Both the position numbers and the translations under genes were made by a program. Of a DNA stretch of 64,000 bases, positions 51,541 through 64,000 are shown one piece after another. Position 1 is the first letter of the stretch, and each line of letters opens with the position of its first letter. The notes beneath the pieces are model-generated. The model saw nothing but the letters and a program-made list of their open reading frames with translations, ran no database searches and was not told the DNA's origin. The stretch comes from Azolla caroliniana (taxonomy: Eukaryota; Plantae; Polypodiophyta), in contig JBHGNT010000003.1 in assembly GCA_043228905.1 (NCBI GenBank), positions 16,554,001 through 16,618,000 on the forward strand, given 5' to 3'.

Positions 51541-52541
51541 CTAAAATGGCCAGATTTATTGCTACTAAAACCACGGTAACCGCTCCTGAATTGGCTTACC
51601 AATTTGTTGACAAATTGTTTCGTTTTTATGGGTTACCGATGGATATCGTGAGTGATCGAGATCCAAAGTTTACTAGTGACTTCTGGACACAAGTCTTTAA
51701 GAAGTTAGAAACTACGTTGAGCATGAGCTCCACGGATCATCCTCAATCCGATGGACAAACAGAACGAGTAAATCAAATTATTGAGGACATGCTTCGAGCA
51801 TACGTTGGTGCAAAACCAACAAAATGGGAACGTTATCTCCCAATTTTGGAGTTTGCTTATAACAGCTCCAAGCATACGTCGACGGGATATAGTCCTTTTA
51901 TGTTGATGTATGGTTTTCAGCCACGAGCCCCGATTGATGTTAATATACATCATGATGAGTTGCGAAGTACGCAAAACTTTCTTCGGGATATGCAAGATAT
52001 GTTGCATATTGCACGAGATAATATAAAAACAGCTCAAGATAAAGCGCGTTTTTATGCCGATCATCATAGGCAACCTCGTGTATTCAACCCTGGACAGAAG
52101 GTATTTTTACGTGTACCTCACAATTCTAAGACATTGTCTACGGGTAAGTGCGCTAAGTTAGCCCCACGGTTTTGTGGACCTTTTACAGTCCTCAAACGCA
52201 TTGGGTCATCAGCCTATCGTCTCGCTCTTCCCGATGGTGTCGGAATTCATCCAGTCTTTCATGTGAGTCGTCTAAAAGAACTTCTAGGTTCTGGCGACAA
52301 TACAGTTACGACTGAAACTCTGGTTACTTCTGAAGAATTATCTTCTAAACCACATGTACCAGAAAGAATTAAAACAAAAAAATTACGTACTAAAGAAATC
52401 CGAGAATTCAAAATAAAATGGATGGATAAATCAATAAAAGATGCCACATGGGAACGCGAAAATACTCTTAGAACTAACTTCCCTAACTTTCCATTGCAAG
52501 AGTGCAATGTTTTAAAGAGGGGGAGTATGTTACGGGCATGA
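51432..52541 (+). CDS. gypsy A integrase core, GPF motif and chromodomain (out-of-frame continuation)
   Basis: [33 protein letters not shown]...DATWE. Confidence 0.92.
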   Translation: MDIPNNKWESISMDFIVSLPRTQKGHDAIWVVVDRLTKMARFIATKTTVTAPELAYQFVDKLFRFYGLPMDIVSDRDPKFTSDFWTQVFKKLETTLSMSSTDHPQSDGQTERVNQIIEDMLRAYVGAKPTKWERYLPILEFAYNSSKHTSTGYSPFMLMYGFQPRAPIDVNIHHDELRSTQNFLRDMQDMLHIARDNIKTAQDKARFYADHHRQPRVFNPGQKVFLRVPHNSKTLSTGKCAKLAPRFCGPFTVLKRIGSSAYRLALPDGVGIHPVFHVSRLKELLGSGDNTVTTETLVTSEELSSKPHVPERIKTKKLRTKEIREFKIKWMDKSIKDATWERENTLRTNFPNFPLQECNVLKRGSMLRA

Positions 52542-52982
52542 CCATATAATATCCCGTGGTAAGAATTTACCGTAGTATTCTATACACGTGGATAAGTGTG
52601 AGGGTTAAATGAGAGTGTAAAGAAGGGGAGGATTACTTTTAATCCTCGGGATTGAGACAACCCATTAGGTCAAGTGTGAACTTGCCTGGGGGCCTTGGGT
52701 TTCACTATAAATAAGAGGCCTAGCTACCCTCATTTGATCATCTTTTGACTACATCGAGACTCTGCTCGTGTGGTGGGTCAACTCTTGTAGCGAGCGCGCC
52801 AGCACCAGGTACGACTGGACGCCACGGCGGTGGTATGGGACGCCGATCGAGGCTCGAGTCCGTCTCGATCCCTTCGCTCGGGGGTGGTCGGGTGGATTGG
52901 CACCCTTCTTTCTCTTTCTCCTTTCTATCTATCTTTTCATTATCCTTATCTTAAGCTTACGTTAGTACCAGGATCTATAATA
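52528..52982 (+). repeat. 3' LTR of gypsy A
   Basis: Follows the PPT; followed by TSD AATGT. Confidence 0.96.
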
Positions 52983-53264
52983 AATGTACAATAGATGAAC
53001 ACAGAGGCAACGACCTCTTGTTCACTGTCTTCATGACAGGCGGCGGTTACAACAGAGATACGAACTGTTCATCTCTTTCTCTCTCTCTCTCTCTGTACAT
53101 TGTTTCGCTCTAATCTTGCACCAACAAGAATGACAACACACTCTACTACTAAGTTTGCCCTAAGTCATATTTATACTAATATGACTTTTTGGCTATTTAC
53201 AAATATAGCCCCGATGAACTCTCAGAAAACATAATTACGAATATGTCCCTTCATCTGGTGAGCA

Positions 53265-53428
53265 CTTCTCACCGGGTCTTCACCATCCGGCTCTTGCCGG
53301 GTACTCCTCATCCGGTTTTCACTGGGTCTTCCGTAGCCGGGTACTCCTCATCCGGTTCTCACCGGGTCTTTCGTAGCTGGGTACTCATCCGGTTCTCACC
53401 GGGTCTTCCGTAGCTAGGTACTCCTCAC
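53265..53428. repeat. ~40-bp minisatellite (about 4 units) within a copia LTR
   Basis: Unit like ccggttctcaccgggtcttccgtagctgggtactcctcat. Confidence 0.85.
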
Positions 53429-54202
53429 TTCCCATCCAGAGGGACCAATTTCTTAACAAACTCCCCATTCACTCCGGCATGGGATGTCTTACTAGTCCGA
53501 TCCGCTTTCGACATGCATCCAACTTGTCGGGTATCAGTACTTTGGTCAGCATATCTGACCTGTTCTCGGCCGTGTGGATCTTCGTCAGCGCGAACTCTTG
53601 GTCATCTACTCTTTCCCGGATCTAGTGATACCTTCGCTGGATATGCTTCGTCCAGGAATGGTAAGCTGCATTCTTAGTAAGGTGGATGGCACTTTGACTG
53701 TCGCAATAGAGCCGGTATTCATCTTGCCGGATATCGAGCTCTCCGATGAAGTCCTTCATCCATAATATTTCCTTGTCGGCTTCCACAACCGCCATGTACT
53801 CCACCTCCGTGGTTGACAATGCAACCATCTTCTGCAGCCTCGACTGCCACGAAACAACTCCCCCTGCATAGGTCATTACATACCCGGATGTAGACCGGCT
53901 GGTATCCACATCAGCCGTCATGTCCGAATCAGAAATCTTGGATGCTTACATGGCATATCTCATAACATACTTCTAAAACAAGAAATCTTGATGAGCCATG
54001 CAAACTTTTCATCAACAATGCCATACACGAAACATGTAATCACAGAAACCCGGTTACTACAGAAATGGAGTCAAGCATATGGTCACAACAACCCATCCTT
54101 GGACCTTTACCATGCCTAAATCAGTTGAAGGCAAAGGAAGCTATGATGACAATGACTGCATAAGGAATACAAACACACACCATGCTACAAACACATCAAA
54201 CG

Positions 54203-56219
54203 TATGAGATGAGGTTCAAGATTAGGTTACTATGGTAACACAAAGGTGTTTTAAAAACCATGGGGGTGACAAATTAATGTCTTTCCCTGATCTCTATATC
54301 GATTTTTTTCATGGCGGCTCCCCGAGGCTCAACCATGTATGTTCGCGTCATGAATAGTTTATACACGAAAAAGATGTTAGCAATAAACTATGTTTCGGTG
54401 CCCACATATGTGGTTTCGGCTCTTTAAGTCATATTACGAGGACCCCAAAGTGCACTTAGACCTCAAGTCTAAACATGTGTTATAGTCATATGTATCAACG
54501 ATGTTGTATGGTCTTGGTTATATTTGAACTCGAGACCTCAAGAATAAATGCATTAAACACTTGACCCAACCAAGTAGGTTGCTCTTCTTGAACGTGTAAT
54601 GTTTCATGCATATAAAAGATATGCGAGGCATTTGCCCATATATGTTTTTTTAAAAGAAACATATATGTGAAGAGTCCTTATTTCCCCCTCGTTTACTACA
54701 AAATATGTTGGTACGTTACCTAACCTCAAGTCTTGTAATTACGGTGGCATACACCAAAGTGCAACCTAATGGTCTAGCCAAATGAGCCCTCTTTTCGTAG
54801 TAGGCCCACGTGGCCCATCACATGGTTACATCATTACGAATGCATCTCGTAAGAATGATCTCATGGTGGCATCATATCCATGTAATGAGGGAGGGATGTC
54901 GGATATGTGTGTCATAGGAGCGACCTCACATGAAGTGGGTCAAGCCCTACGTTCTCAACATCATTGTGGCTATAGGCATTTCTTTACGTAATAAAATCGA
55001 AGTCATCAACGGGAATGTCAACAATAAAAAATTGTTGAAAAAAGGGATGGTGAAAACACCATTCTCACAAAAATGTGAGGATGGCCACCAAGATCTTTCC
55101 CCAAAAAGGAAAACATCCGATATTAAAATCACGTAATAACTTATATACACATATGTATATTATCACATATATACGATCAAATACATATACACGTGACCAC
55201 ATGCGTATATTAAACAAATCATTACATCAAATAGACATAAATGATATAATCGAGATACGTAATTGAGGCATATACCTCTATGCAAACAAAACATCCAAAA
55301 ATAAGGGTTCATCGTAATACGCCATTGAGGTATTGACCTCTTACGCATATGAGACCAAATAGATATCATTTACAACGAAATCAAGGTATTGACCTCATAC
55401 GCATACGTAACATATGTATGTGAGCGTAATACGCAATTGAGGTATTAACCTTGTGTGCATACGACACTAATCACATATTCAATATATGTCAAATGAGGTA
55501 TTGACCTCATACACATGATGTAAATGTTTTACACAACCAATTAATTACCACTACAACATCATTGAATTAATGAAAACAATTACATATAGACTATACACAT
55601 GATTAGATGGGAGAAAAAAAAATAGAAAAAGAAGAAGGAAAGAGTTACCGAAGTTCCTTTGTTGATCGTCGTTTGGATCAAGGCCGACTGCACATCGATT
55701 GATCACCATCAATCAACAAGATAAAAGACAACAAAAGAAACATTAGAACATAGGCTCTGATACCAACTATTAGAGACATGAACTAATGTAAGCATAAAAT
55801 AAGGATAAAAGATAGATCTAGATAGAAAGGAGAGAGAGAAAGAAGGGTGCCGATCCACCCGACCACCCCCGAGCGAAGGGATCGAGACGGACTCGAGCCT
55901 CGATCGGCGTCCCATACCACCGCCGTGGCGTCGAGTCGTACCTGGTGCTGGCGCGCTCGCTACAAGAGTTGATCCACCATGAAACAGAGTCTCGATGTAG
56001 TCAACAAGATGATCAAATGAGGGTAGCTAGGCCTCTTATTTATAGCGATACCCAAGCCCCCCAGGCAAGTTCACAGTTCTAATGGGTTGTTTCAATCCCA
56101 AGGATTAAAAGTAATCCTCCCCTTCTTTACACTCTCGTTTAACCCTCACACTTATCCACATGTATAGAATACTACGGTAAATTCTCCCCACGGGATATTA
56201 TATGGTCATGCCTGTAACA
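54203..56219 (-). mobile_element. gypsy A leader, PBS and 5' LTR (55768-56219)
   Basis: Near-identical to ~1368-3385. Confidence 0.93.
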
Positions 56220-59200
56220 GTAGGCATATTTTTAGGAGTTAGTGTTAGTCTCTCGTACGAGCATTGAAGTACATGTCAGTCCTTTTAAGGACTTGTATAA
56301 AAGTGCTCACTGAGCACATTGTATGTACATAGTGATATTTTGAATTTGAGTTTTGTTTGCGCTCTCTGTCTCTATCTCTCTCTTTTTCTCTCATTCTTTG
56401 AGTGTTCCATTCTCTGTGTTTTTTGGTGCTATCTCACCGAGCCGGTTGAGGTCTATTTTGTTTCCCCATTACTTCTTTCACATGGTATTAGAGCGCAAGG
56501 GTTAGAACATCCTAACACTCGGTAAGAACAGGTAATAAGAGAAATGGATAGAGGTATGGGAAGCTTGATCGAAACAATTATGCATCTTGATCATACAAGA
56601 TGCACCAATATTTGTTAGGACATGGATATTGGAGTTATGTTGAAGGAGCTTGAATTATGCAGCACCGGATTCGACACACAGGGATTTTCCGGCTTGGGAA
56701 CAATCAGCAAGTAGAGTTCTCTACTACTTCGCATCCAATGTCGGTGATCAACTACTGAGCTATATCCGAGACGCGAAGACGCCAAAGGAGGTTTGGGGAA
56801 ATCTGAAGAAGATATTCGCTGCAAGCACCATAGCCAGAAAGCTTCTGCTCAGACAAGAGCTGAGTAATGTCCGGCAGAGCGACATGTCGGTGGTTGATTA
56901 CACCTCCTGGATCAAAGACATTTGTGACTCTCTCACCTCCCTCAATGTGACTGTTGAGGAGGACGGAATGGTGTAGGTATATCTCGAAGGATTGGCACAG
57001 AAGTTCAGATAATTCCGGATGACGGTTTGCATGAGAGAGAATACGCCGTCGTTGTTCGAGTTGCAATCGATGCTTCTCGTTGAAGAGAACCATGCAGGTG
57101 CATCGACAATTATGCACACGAACAAAAAGATGTTGTACATGGAGGAAGATAGATCCCGTGGTCGTGGTAGAAGATACAGGTCGACACGCAATGTAGGCGG
57201 CTGACTGGAGCAAAATAGAAGGCAGAATCGAAATGTCGACAACAATTCCGGATCCTCCGGAAATAGGGGGAGTCAAGGCGGTGCTGGATACCCGCAAGGA
57301 AAGGCTAAGACGGAATGCTGGTATTGTGGCAAGAAAGGCCACTGGGAGAGCAAGTGTTGGAAGAAGCGCGCCGATTCGGACAAATCCGGATCTGGCAAAG
57401 CCAGAAAAGGGAGTCTGCAACTCTTGTACTACCCAGGAGGACCAGAAGGATCCGGAACCAGAAAGACCGGAAATGGATCAGGCCCAGCCTTTGTGATGAA
57501 TCACAAGGCTAATTCGATGAAGACAAGCACCTTGAAATCGAATGAGGTATGGTTTGTTGACTCTGGAGCATCAAACCATATGACGAGCCACAAGGAGTTG
57601 TTCTCTTACTTGGAGAAACCAGAACAACTAGGGGTCTTCGAAATCGGTGAAGACACCTCACATACCATAGAACATGTCGGTGAAGTCCTGTTAAACCATG
57701 TCAGACAGAAAGGGAAGCTGATGAACGTTTTGCATGTCCCGACAATCACAAAGAATCTAGTGTTGGTTGGATAGTTTGTTGACCAAGGGATGCAGGTTCG
57801 GTTCACACATCTTGGGTGCTTCATCAAAGAAGAAGGCAAAGTCATTGCACAAGGGCATCAACAACGGAGGATGTTTATCCTCGAAACACATGAAGTCGGA
57901 ACCACTATGTTTCCGAAAAGGCAAAAAGTCGAGTCAAATATCGACTTGTGGCACAAGCGGTTTGACCATATCAACTTCCGGAAGCTTCAGGAGATGCAGT
58001 CGAAACATGTGGTTTCCGGACTGTCAAAGTTTAGTGGCCAGATGGGCTAGATTTGTGAAGCTTACCACCTTGGGAAGTAGCATAGACTTCTGTTCCCCAA
58101 CAAGAAGAATCAGATCCGGAATCGGCTCGATCTTATCCATTCGGATGTGTGGGGACTAGCACATAACGTGAGCATCGGAGGAAGCCATTTTTTTGTAACC
58201 TTCATTGATGACTACACTCGGCACACTCGGTAGTGCTTGATCATGAAGAAGTGCAAGGTCTTCTCCTGTTTCCTGAAAGTGAAGAGCCTTGTCGAACGAG
58301 AAACCAGAAGGAAAATCAAGTGCCTAAGGTTTGATGGCCGAAAGGATTACTTTTCCGACCAGTTCTCGAGTTATCTGTGGAAGGAAGGAATTCAACGAGA
58401 ATTCTCTTGCAGATACACACCGGAGTAGAACAGTGTGGCCGAGTGGAAGAATCGAACTATAGAGGAGGTGGCGCGAGTAATGCTTGAGGAGAAGCATATG
58501 CCGACGTTTTATTGGGCCGAAGCGGTCCAAACAACTTTCTACTTGCAGAATCAGACATCTGCAAATGGAGGAGTGTCATCACATGAGCTCTACTTCAGAA
58601 AGAAATCGAATCTTGGATACTTGAGGGTGTTTTCCAACATTGCCTATGTGCATGTGCCGAAGGAGAAACGGAGGAAGCTAGATGCGAAAGCCGAGAAGTG
58701 CATTCTCATCGGCTACTCAAACGAACATAAGGGTTATAAATAATATAACCCCTAAACTAAGTAGGTTCGGGTAGGGCGAGATGTCGTTTACGGCGAATTG
58801 GCTTCGTGGTACTTGCCCTCATCTCCGATCCCCATGAACTCCATTCAATTTCTGAGGACGAGATTAGTGAGGCCGGAATGCCTCCGGACGAAGAAGAAAT
58901 CGGAACTCAAGAAGATAGTCTGATCTCATTTTGGCTAAGTGGGCCGAATGAGAGACTGAGTCAGATCGACCAGTCGGATGAGGAGTCAGTGAGTAGTGGA
59001 GACTCAGTTGTGCTGTCCCCACGCAAGGAACCGAGGAGACGGTTCACACGGAAAGAGAACGGGAAGAAGAAGATGTCGGAATACGACACCGGAAGGGAAG
59101 AGTGGGATCCAAATGAATCTGACTCTGGAAAGCATAAGGATGGACCTCCGAAAAAGAGGTCGGAGTCGGCCAAAAGGGCCATCAAATCGGCAGAGCAGAA

Positions 59201-61570
59201 ATTGCGCCGATCTACCCGCCAAAAGCACCCCGTAGTTTGATACGGATACAATGAATACATGGTGCATCACTATGCATACATGATAAAGGTGGCGGAAGTG
59301 CGTGAGGCAGAGAGCTGTGCAGAAGTGGCAAAGGACGCAAATTGGCGTGCTGCGATGGAGGAAGAGATGCACGCTCTCACAGAGAGCGACACTTGGGACC
59401 TGGTTGACGTTTCGAAGGGAGTGAAGCTGATCGGATGCAAGTGGGTGTACAAGGTCAAGTACAACACCGATGGCTCCGTCAACCGGTACAAGGCCTGGTT
59501 AGTGGCAAAAGGCTATGTGCAACAATACATCATTGACTACGATAAGACCTTTGTGTTGGTCGTGAAGATGACGACCGTCAGTGTCTTGCTCGCGGTAGCT
59601 ACGACTAAGGGGTGGCACTTACATCAAATGGATGTAAAGAATGCATTCCTGTAAGGTGAGCTTCAGGAATAGGTGTACATGGTACAACCCTTAGATTTTA
59701 GTCTGGAATGAACATGTTGGCTGTTTGCCGGCTAAAGAAGTCCCTCTATGGACTAAAGCAAGCCCTGCGTGCTTGGAACGCGAAGATTACGCAACAATTG
59801 CGTTGGATGGGGTTTGCCACGTCGAAGTCGAACTCTTCACCTTTCTTCAGACAAGGTCGGAGTGAGCCAATTAGTATTTTACTTTACGTTGATGATTTGG
59901 TCTTCGCCGGTGCCAACCAATACCAAATCGACCACATCAAGTCCCAGCTAGCGGCATCATTCGACATGAAGGATCTGGGGGACCTTCACTACTTCCTCAG
60001 GATCAAAGTGATCCGCACCCCCAAAGTCATACTGGTCAGCCAACGACATTATGTGCTGAGTATGCTCTTTAAGTTCGGAATGACGAAGTGCAAATCTGTC
60101 TCAACTCCTCTGGATAGGAATTTGAAGCTTCACCCCGACTCTGGAATGACATGCGGCTTGAAACGGTTCCGACAAATTGTCGGAAGCCTTCTCTACTTGA
60201 CCATCACCCGACCAGACCTCAACTATTCGGTCGGCTTGAAATTAGTCAATTCACGACACATCCGATGGTGGAGCACCTTTAGTGCACACAACGATTACCC
60301 AGGTATGTCAGCGACACCAAGGACCAGGGTTTTCTATATTGGACTCGTGTAGCTGGACAACTTGATAGTTACACAGATGTCGATTGGGCTGGAAACGTTG
60401 GTAACCGCAGGTCTACATCCGGTTATGTGTTTTCACTTGGAAGCGCCACGGTGGCCTAGAGTAGTAAGAAGTAGCCAGCTGTTGCACTATTGAGCACAGA
60501 GGCCGAGTATCGAGGAGTAGTTATCGCGACATGTGAAGCCATATGGCTAAAACGGCTATTGAAGGATCTGCAAGTAGAGGTGTCCGATCCGACGACGATT
60601 TACTATGCCAACCTCAACAACATCCAGTTTGTGAAGAACCCCATCGTCCATGCCTGGACCAAGCATATTGAGGTGCACTATTATTTTGTCTGCGAACAAG
60701 CCCTTTCCAATGAAGTCGAACTGGTGTATGTTTCGACGAATCGGCAGAATGCCGATATTTTCACCAAACCCCTTTGCATGGACAAGTTGCGTCAATTTTC
60801 GGGTGTGCTTGGCTTGCAACACCTCGACGTGCCAAATTTGAGGGGGAGACATAGAGAAAGCACTGGAAGAGACTAGAAAGCCGAGTCGAATGAGGAGTTC
60901 GACTTTGGGTTGACTGATGAAGACGAAGAGGGATACAAGGGAATGTTAGAGCCGAAGCCAACCGAAAAAGGGGGAAGTAAATCCAAGAAGGGCAAGAAGC
61001 CCAAGACCTGGACATGGTTTGATGTGGTAAAGGGCTTGGAGGATGAGAACGAATTGGAGACAACCAATTCGGACAAGACCTGGAACGAATAGGAGGCACC
61101 CGATTCTGAAGAGGCGTTTGATTCGGAAGAGCCGTTTGATTCGGAGGAGCCGAATCAACAGAAGGCCAAATGGACGAGAAGACGACGGAAGTTAACGCCG
61201 ACACAGAGGAACCGACGGGTCGAGAAGCGCCAAAGTCACAACAACGAAGGCGCTGAGATAGCCTTTATGAGTAGGCCAGCCTACCGAGAAGGTTGAGGTG
61301 CATAGAAGCGGACGGGTCATAGGAAGAGGAACCGAACAAGACGAGGAGTGCGAGCAAGGCGGGAAGTCACCAGGAAGAGCCAGAGGGAAGGACCGGCAAA
61401 CATTGACACCATGATCCGACCTCAAGTTGAGCTTGAGGGGGAGTGTTGAGAGAGCAAGCTGAACCTGATCCGGATTGGCCGAGTAACCCATAGCCAGATC
61501 GGTATCCGGAACAAAGAGCCGCATCGGTTTCAAGAGATGAGAGCCAGATCGGTGTCTAGTTGGTTGCGTC
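56220..61570 (+). mobile_element. Copia B, most complete internal copy (many stops)
   Basis: LTR part, PBS ~56482, gag, WFVDSGASNH, LWHKRFDH, IHSDVWG, RT LYVDDL, RNase H, PPT and truncated LTR from ~61444. Confidence 0.93.
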
Positions 61571-61617
61571 ATCGAAGAAGAAGGAAAAGTGATTGCGTAA
61601 GGGTGCAGAGAAGGGAG

Positions 61618-64000
61618 TGTTAGGTTTATGTCCCTCTTGTGGGAGGAGCCGACTGTTCGGATGGAGAGCCGACAATCGAAGACAAGGAGTAGCAAACTGG
61701 TAAGGTTGAGAGCCGACAATCGATGTGATGGAGAGTCAATTGGGTGAGTCGATTGAGAGATAGTTGACATGAAGAGTCAACAACAGACGATCGAAGTTGA
61801 AGACAAGACCGACTAGTCGGGCCGACCGGAGGGTCGACAACAAGACTGACTAGTCAACTAGTCGACTGGAGTCGGCTAGTTGATTGGACTAGTCAACCAG
61901 TCGACTGATTAATTGATTACTATTATTAGTATAATAATAGGAATGAAGGTAGTAGAGGCTACATTTGTAAATAGCCCATATAGGGTATAAGAATAAATAC
62001 ACTTAGGGCAAAACGATAGTTAGATGTAGAATAGAGTCTTCTGTGTGGTAGAATAGAGAGAGTTGTTGTGAGCCTCTATTTGTGAGTGTGACAGAAGAGA
62101 GAGCCATGAGAGAGTTACATAGAGAACAGAGAGAAGAGTGAGTGATTCCATAGCTATGTGAGCTTGGATGTTAAGAGCCTTGCGTGGCTAATTCACGCTA
62201 CATAAAGAGTGTTGTATACTATCTCCTTTGTATTCTCCATTGTATAGTGGGTCTATTCTCCCATGGTTTTCCCCATTTAGGGTTTCCATGGTTTTACCCC
62301 TTTAGGGTTTCCACGTAAAAACTCTGTATTTTGTGCATTTTTTGTTTTCTATTTTGGCGTTATTGTGTTTTCTATTTTGGAAGACCTTCTCATATTCAAA
62401 GACTTGTACGAGCCCATCGATAGAGCAGAAATACCCATGAGGGTATTAGAGTCTGAATGGAAACTTCTAAACAAAAAGGTAGCAACCACCATCAAACAAT
62501 GTGTCGATGTAAGTGTCCTTCGGCATATGGCGAATGACACAAATGCTTACGAGATGTGGCAGAAGTTGTGAGGTCTATATGAGAGGAAGAATGCCCTCAA
62601 CAAAACATCTTTGATGAGAAAGATTGTGAGGCTGAAATATAGGGACAAAGAAAGCATAGTGGAGCATGTGAGCATATTCATGGGGTATGTGAATCAACTT
62701 GTGGCAACCAAGTTTCCCCTTCAGGATGCAATGTAGGCCATACTGCTATTGTGTACCCTGTGGACAACTGGGAGAATCTAGTGTTCACTCTTAGCACCTC
62801 GTGTCAAGAAGAGAATTTGTGTCTATAGGCGGTAAAGACAAGCATCTTGAATGAGGAGACAAGAAGGAAGGACAAGGGTGTCCTGTCCCAGTCGGAGTCA
62901 AACTTGACTCATCATACTGACAAAGGAAGGAACAGATAGAGAAGTCCACTAAGAAGGGAGAAGTCCCAAGCCAGATCCAAGTCCAGAGGCAAGCTGACAT
63001 GCTTCTATTGTGGAAAGCCTGGACACTTTCACAAGGACTGCCGAGACATGAGGAAGGACAAAGGTGTTAGCAATAATGTCGAGCCTAGGAAGATTCCTGA
63101 TGACAAGGGCACTTCAGTCTTGGCTATAAGTGCAGAGGAGATCTTGTTCATTTGTGAGCAAGCAACCACAAATCTTGCAAGTGAAGAGTGCACTTGGGTA
63201 ATCGATTCGCGTCGAGAGAGTGTTTCTCGACTTACATAGTCGGTGATCATGACTATGTAAAGATGGGAGATAATCGAGATTGCAAGATAGCTGGCATAGG
63301 AAGTGGATACCTGATGACGTCGATAGGTTGTCGGCTGATCTTGAGGGAAGTTCAACATGTCCTCGATATCAGAGTAAATCTAATATCGACCGATAGGTTG
63401 GATGACGAGGGCTATAGTGGTATTATCCAAAACGGCAAGTGGAAGTTCTTTTGAGGAAACCTCATAGTGACCCGAGCATACCCCACTATGCAAGTCCGAA
63501 GTGAGTGTGGTAGCCGACTCGAGTGGAGAGTTATGGCATAAGAGGCGAGAAGGGAATGCACCTGCTGGCCGACCAGGAACTTCTCCTAGAAGTGAGAGGA
63601 GTACACTTGGAGAAGTGTGTTGACTGCTTAGTCGGAAAGCAGAATAGAGCAACATTCCACTCAAGAGCACCAAGAAGAAGAGAAGCTACATTGGAACTAG
63701 TGCACACCGACGTCTGCTATGTTGGGTTTTCCGCCTAGCTATTGCCGGTGGGCTCCTCTGGATTCTCCTTTTGTTGTTCTAGTTTTGACACATTCCGCTC
63801 ATTTGCCTTCTTTACCCATTTGGTGGCCTGCTTCTGGATGGCTTCTTGGGTTTGCCACTCCGTTGCTTTTCTTTTTGACCTCGTGGTCACTTGTATGTCT
63901 GCGACTTCCGCTACCACCATGTTTACCGTTGGTTGCTTATCGTAGCTTTTCGCCGGACATTGGTTACTGTAGTGTCCCTCTTGTCGGCAATAGTAGTAGT
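61618..64000 (+). mobile_element. Copia C third copy, with the gypsy gag fragment (63721-64000, minus); runs off the window end
   Basis: Near-identical to 32969-35400. Confidence 0.92.

Larger units (their letters stand above)
45595..52982 (+). mobile_element. Full-length Ty3/gypsy chromovirus (family A), 7388 bp
   Basis: 455-bp LTRs with about 5 differences; TSD AATGT at 45590-45594 and 52983-52987; PBS TGGTATCAGA at 46052; PPT AAAGAGGGGGAG at 52514-52525. Confidence 0.97.
45406..53930 (-). mobile_element. Tnt1/Tork-like copia 3' part: RNase H (~53490-53930), PPT, and a 3' LTR (45406-45594 plus 52983-53458) split by gypsy A
   Basis: DMTADVDTSRSTSGYVMTYAGGVVSWQSRLQK...TKHIQRRYH; minus-strand GAATGGGGAG-TT-TGTTAAG at 53458. 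Confidence 0.85.

Overview
Eukaryotic (land-plant) repeat-rich DNA, almost entirely nested retrotransposons; no prokaryotic features, rRNA, intact tRNA gene or CRISPR array. One host gene: a two-exon, ~376-aa class-3-lipase/alpha-beta hydrolase (At4g10955-like, GHSKG motif) at 41400..40143 (-), in a ~1.85-kb island between two LTRs; a 3' remnant of a paralogue lies at 23427-23582. Two structurally complete, young Ty3/gypsy elements have matching TSDs: 24893-31540 (TSD ACAGA, three in-frame stops, no canonical PPT) and a chromovirus at 45595-52982 (TSD AATGT, non-canonical TG...TA ends). A 5'-truncated RTE-like LINE with an (ATCT)n tail lies at 36068-38220, plus two L1 remnants, solo LTRs and several decayed Ty1/copia families (labels A-G are mine). 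Much of the window is four partial copies of one composite block (gypsy A in copia B, then copia C, copia D, lipase), i.e. a segmental array with copy-specific insertions, deletions and a recombination switch. Most unusual signals: LTR-like elements carrying tRNA-type A/B boxes, family-wide TG...TA termini, a phased hairpin array in the gypsy leader, and faster divergence of the lipase paralogue than of flanking TE DNA. Boundaries and identities were read by eye; decayed-element ends are approximate.
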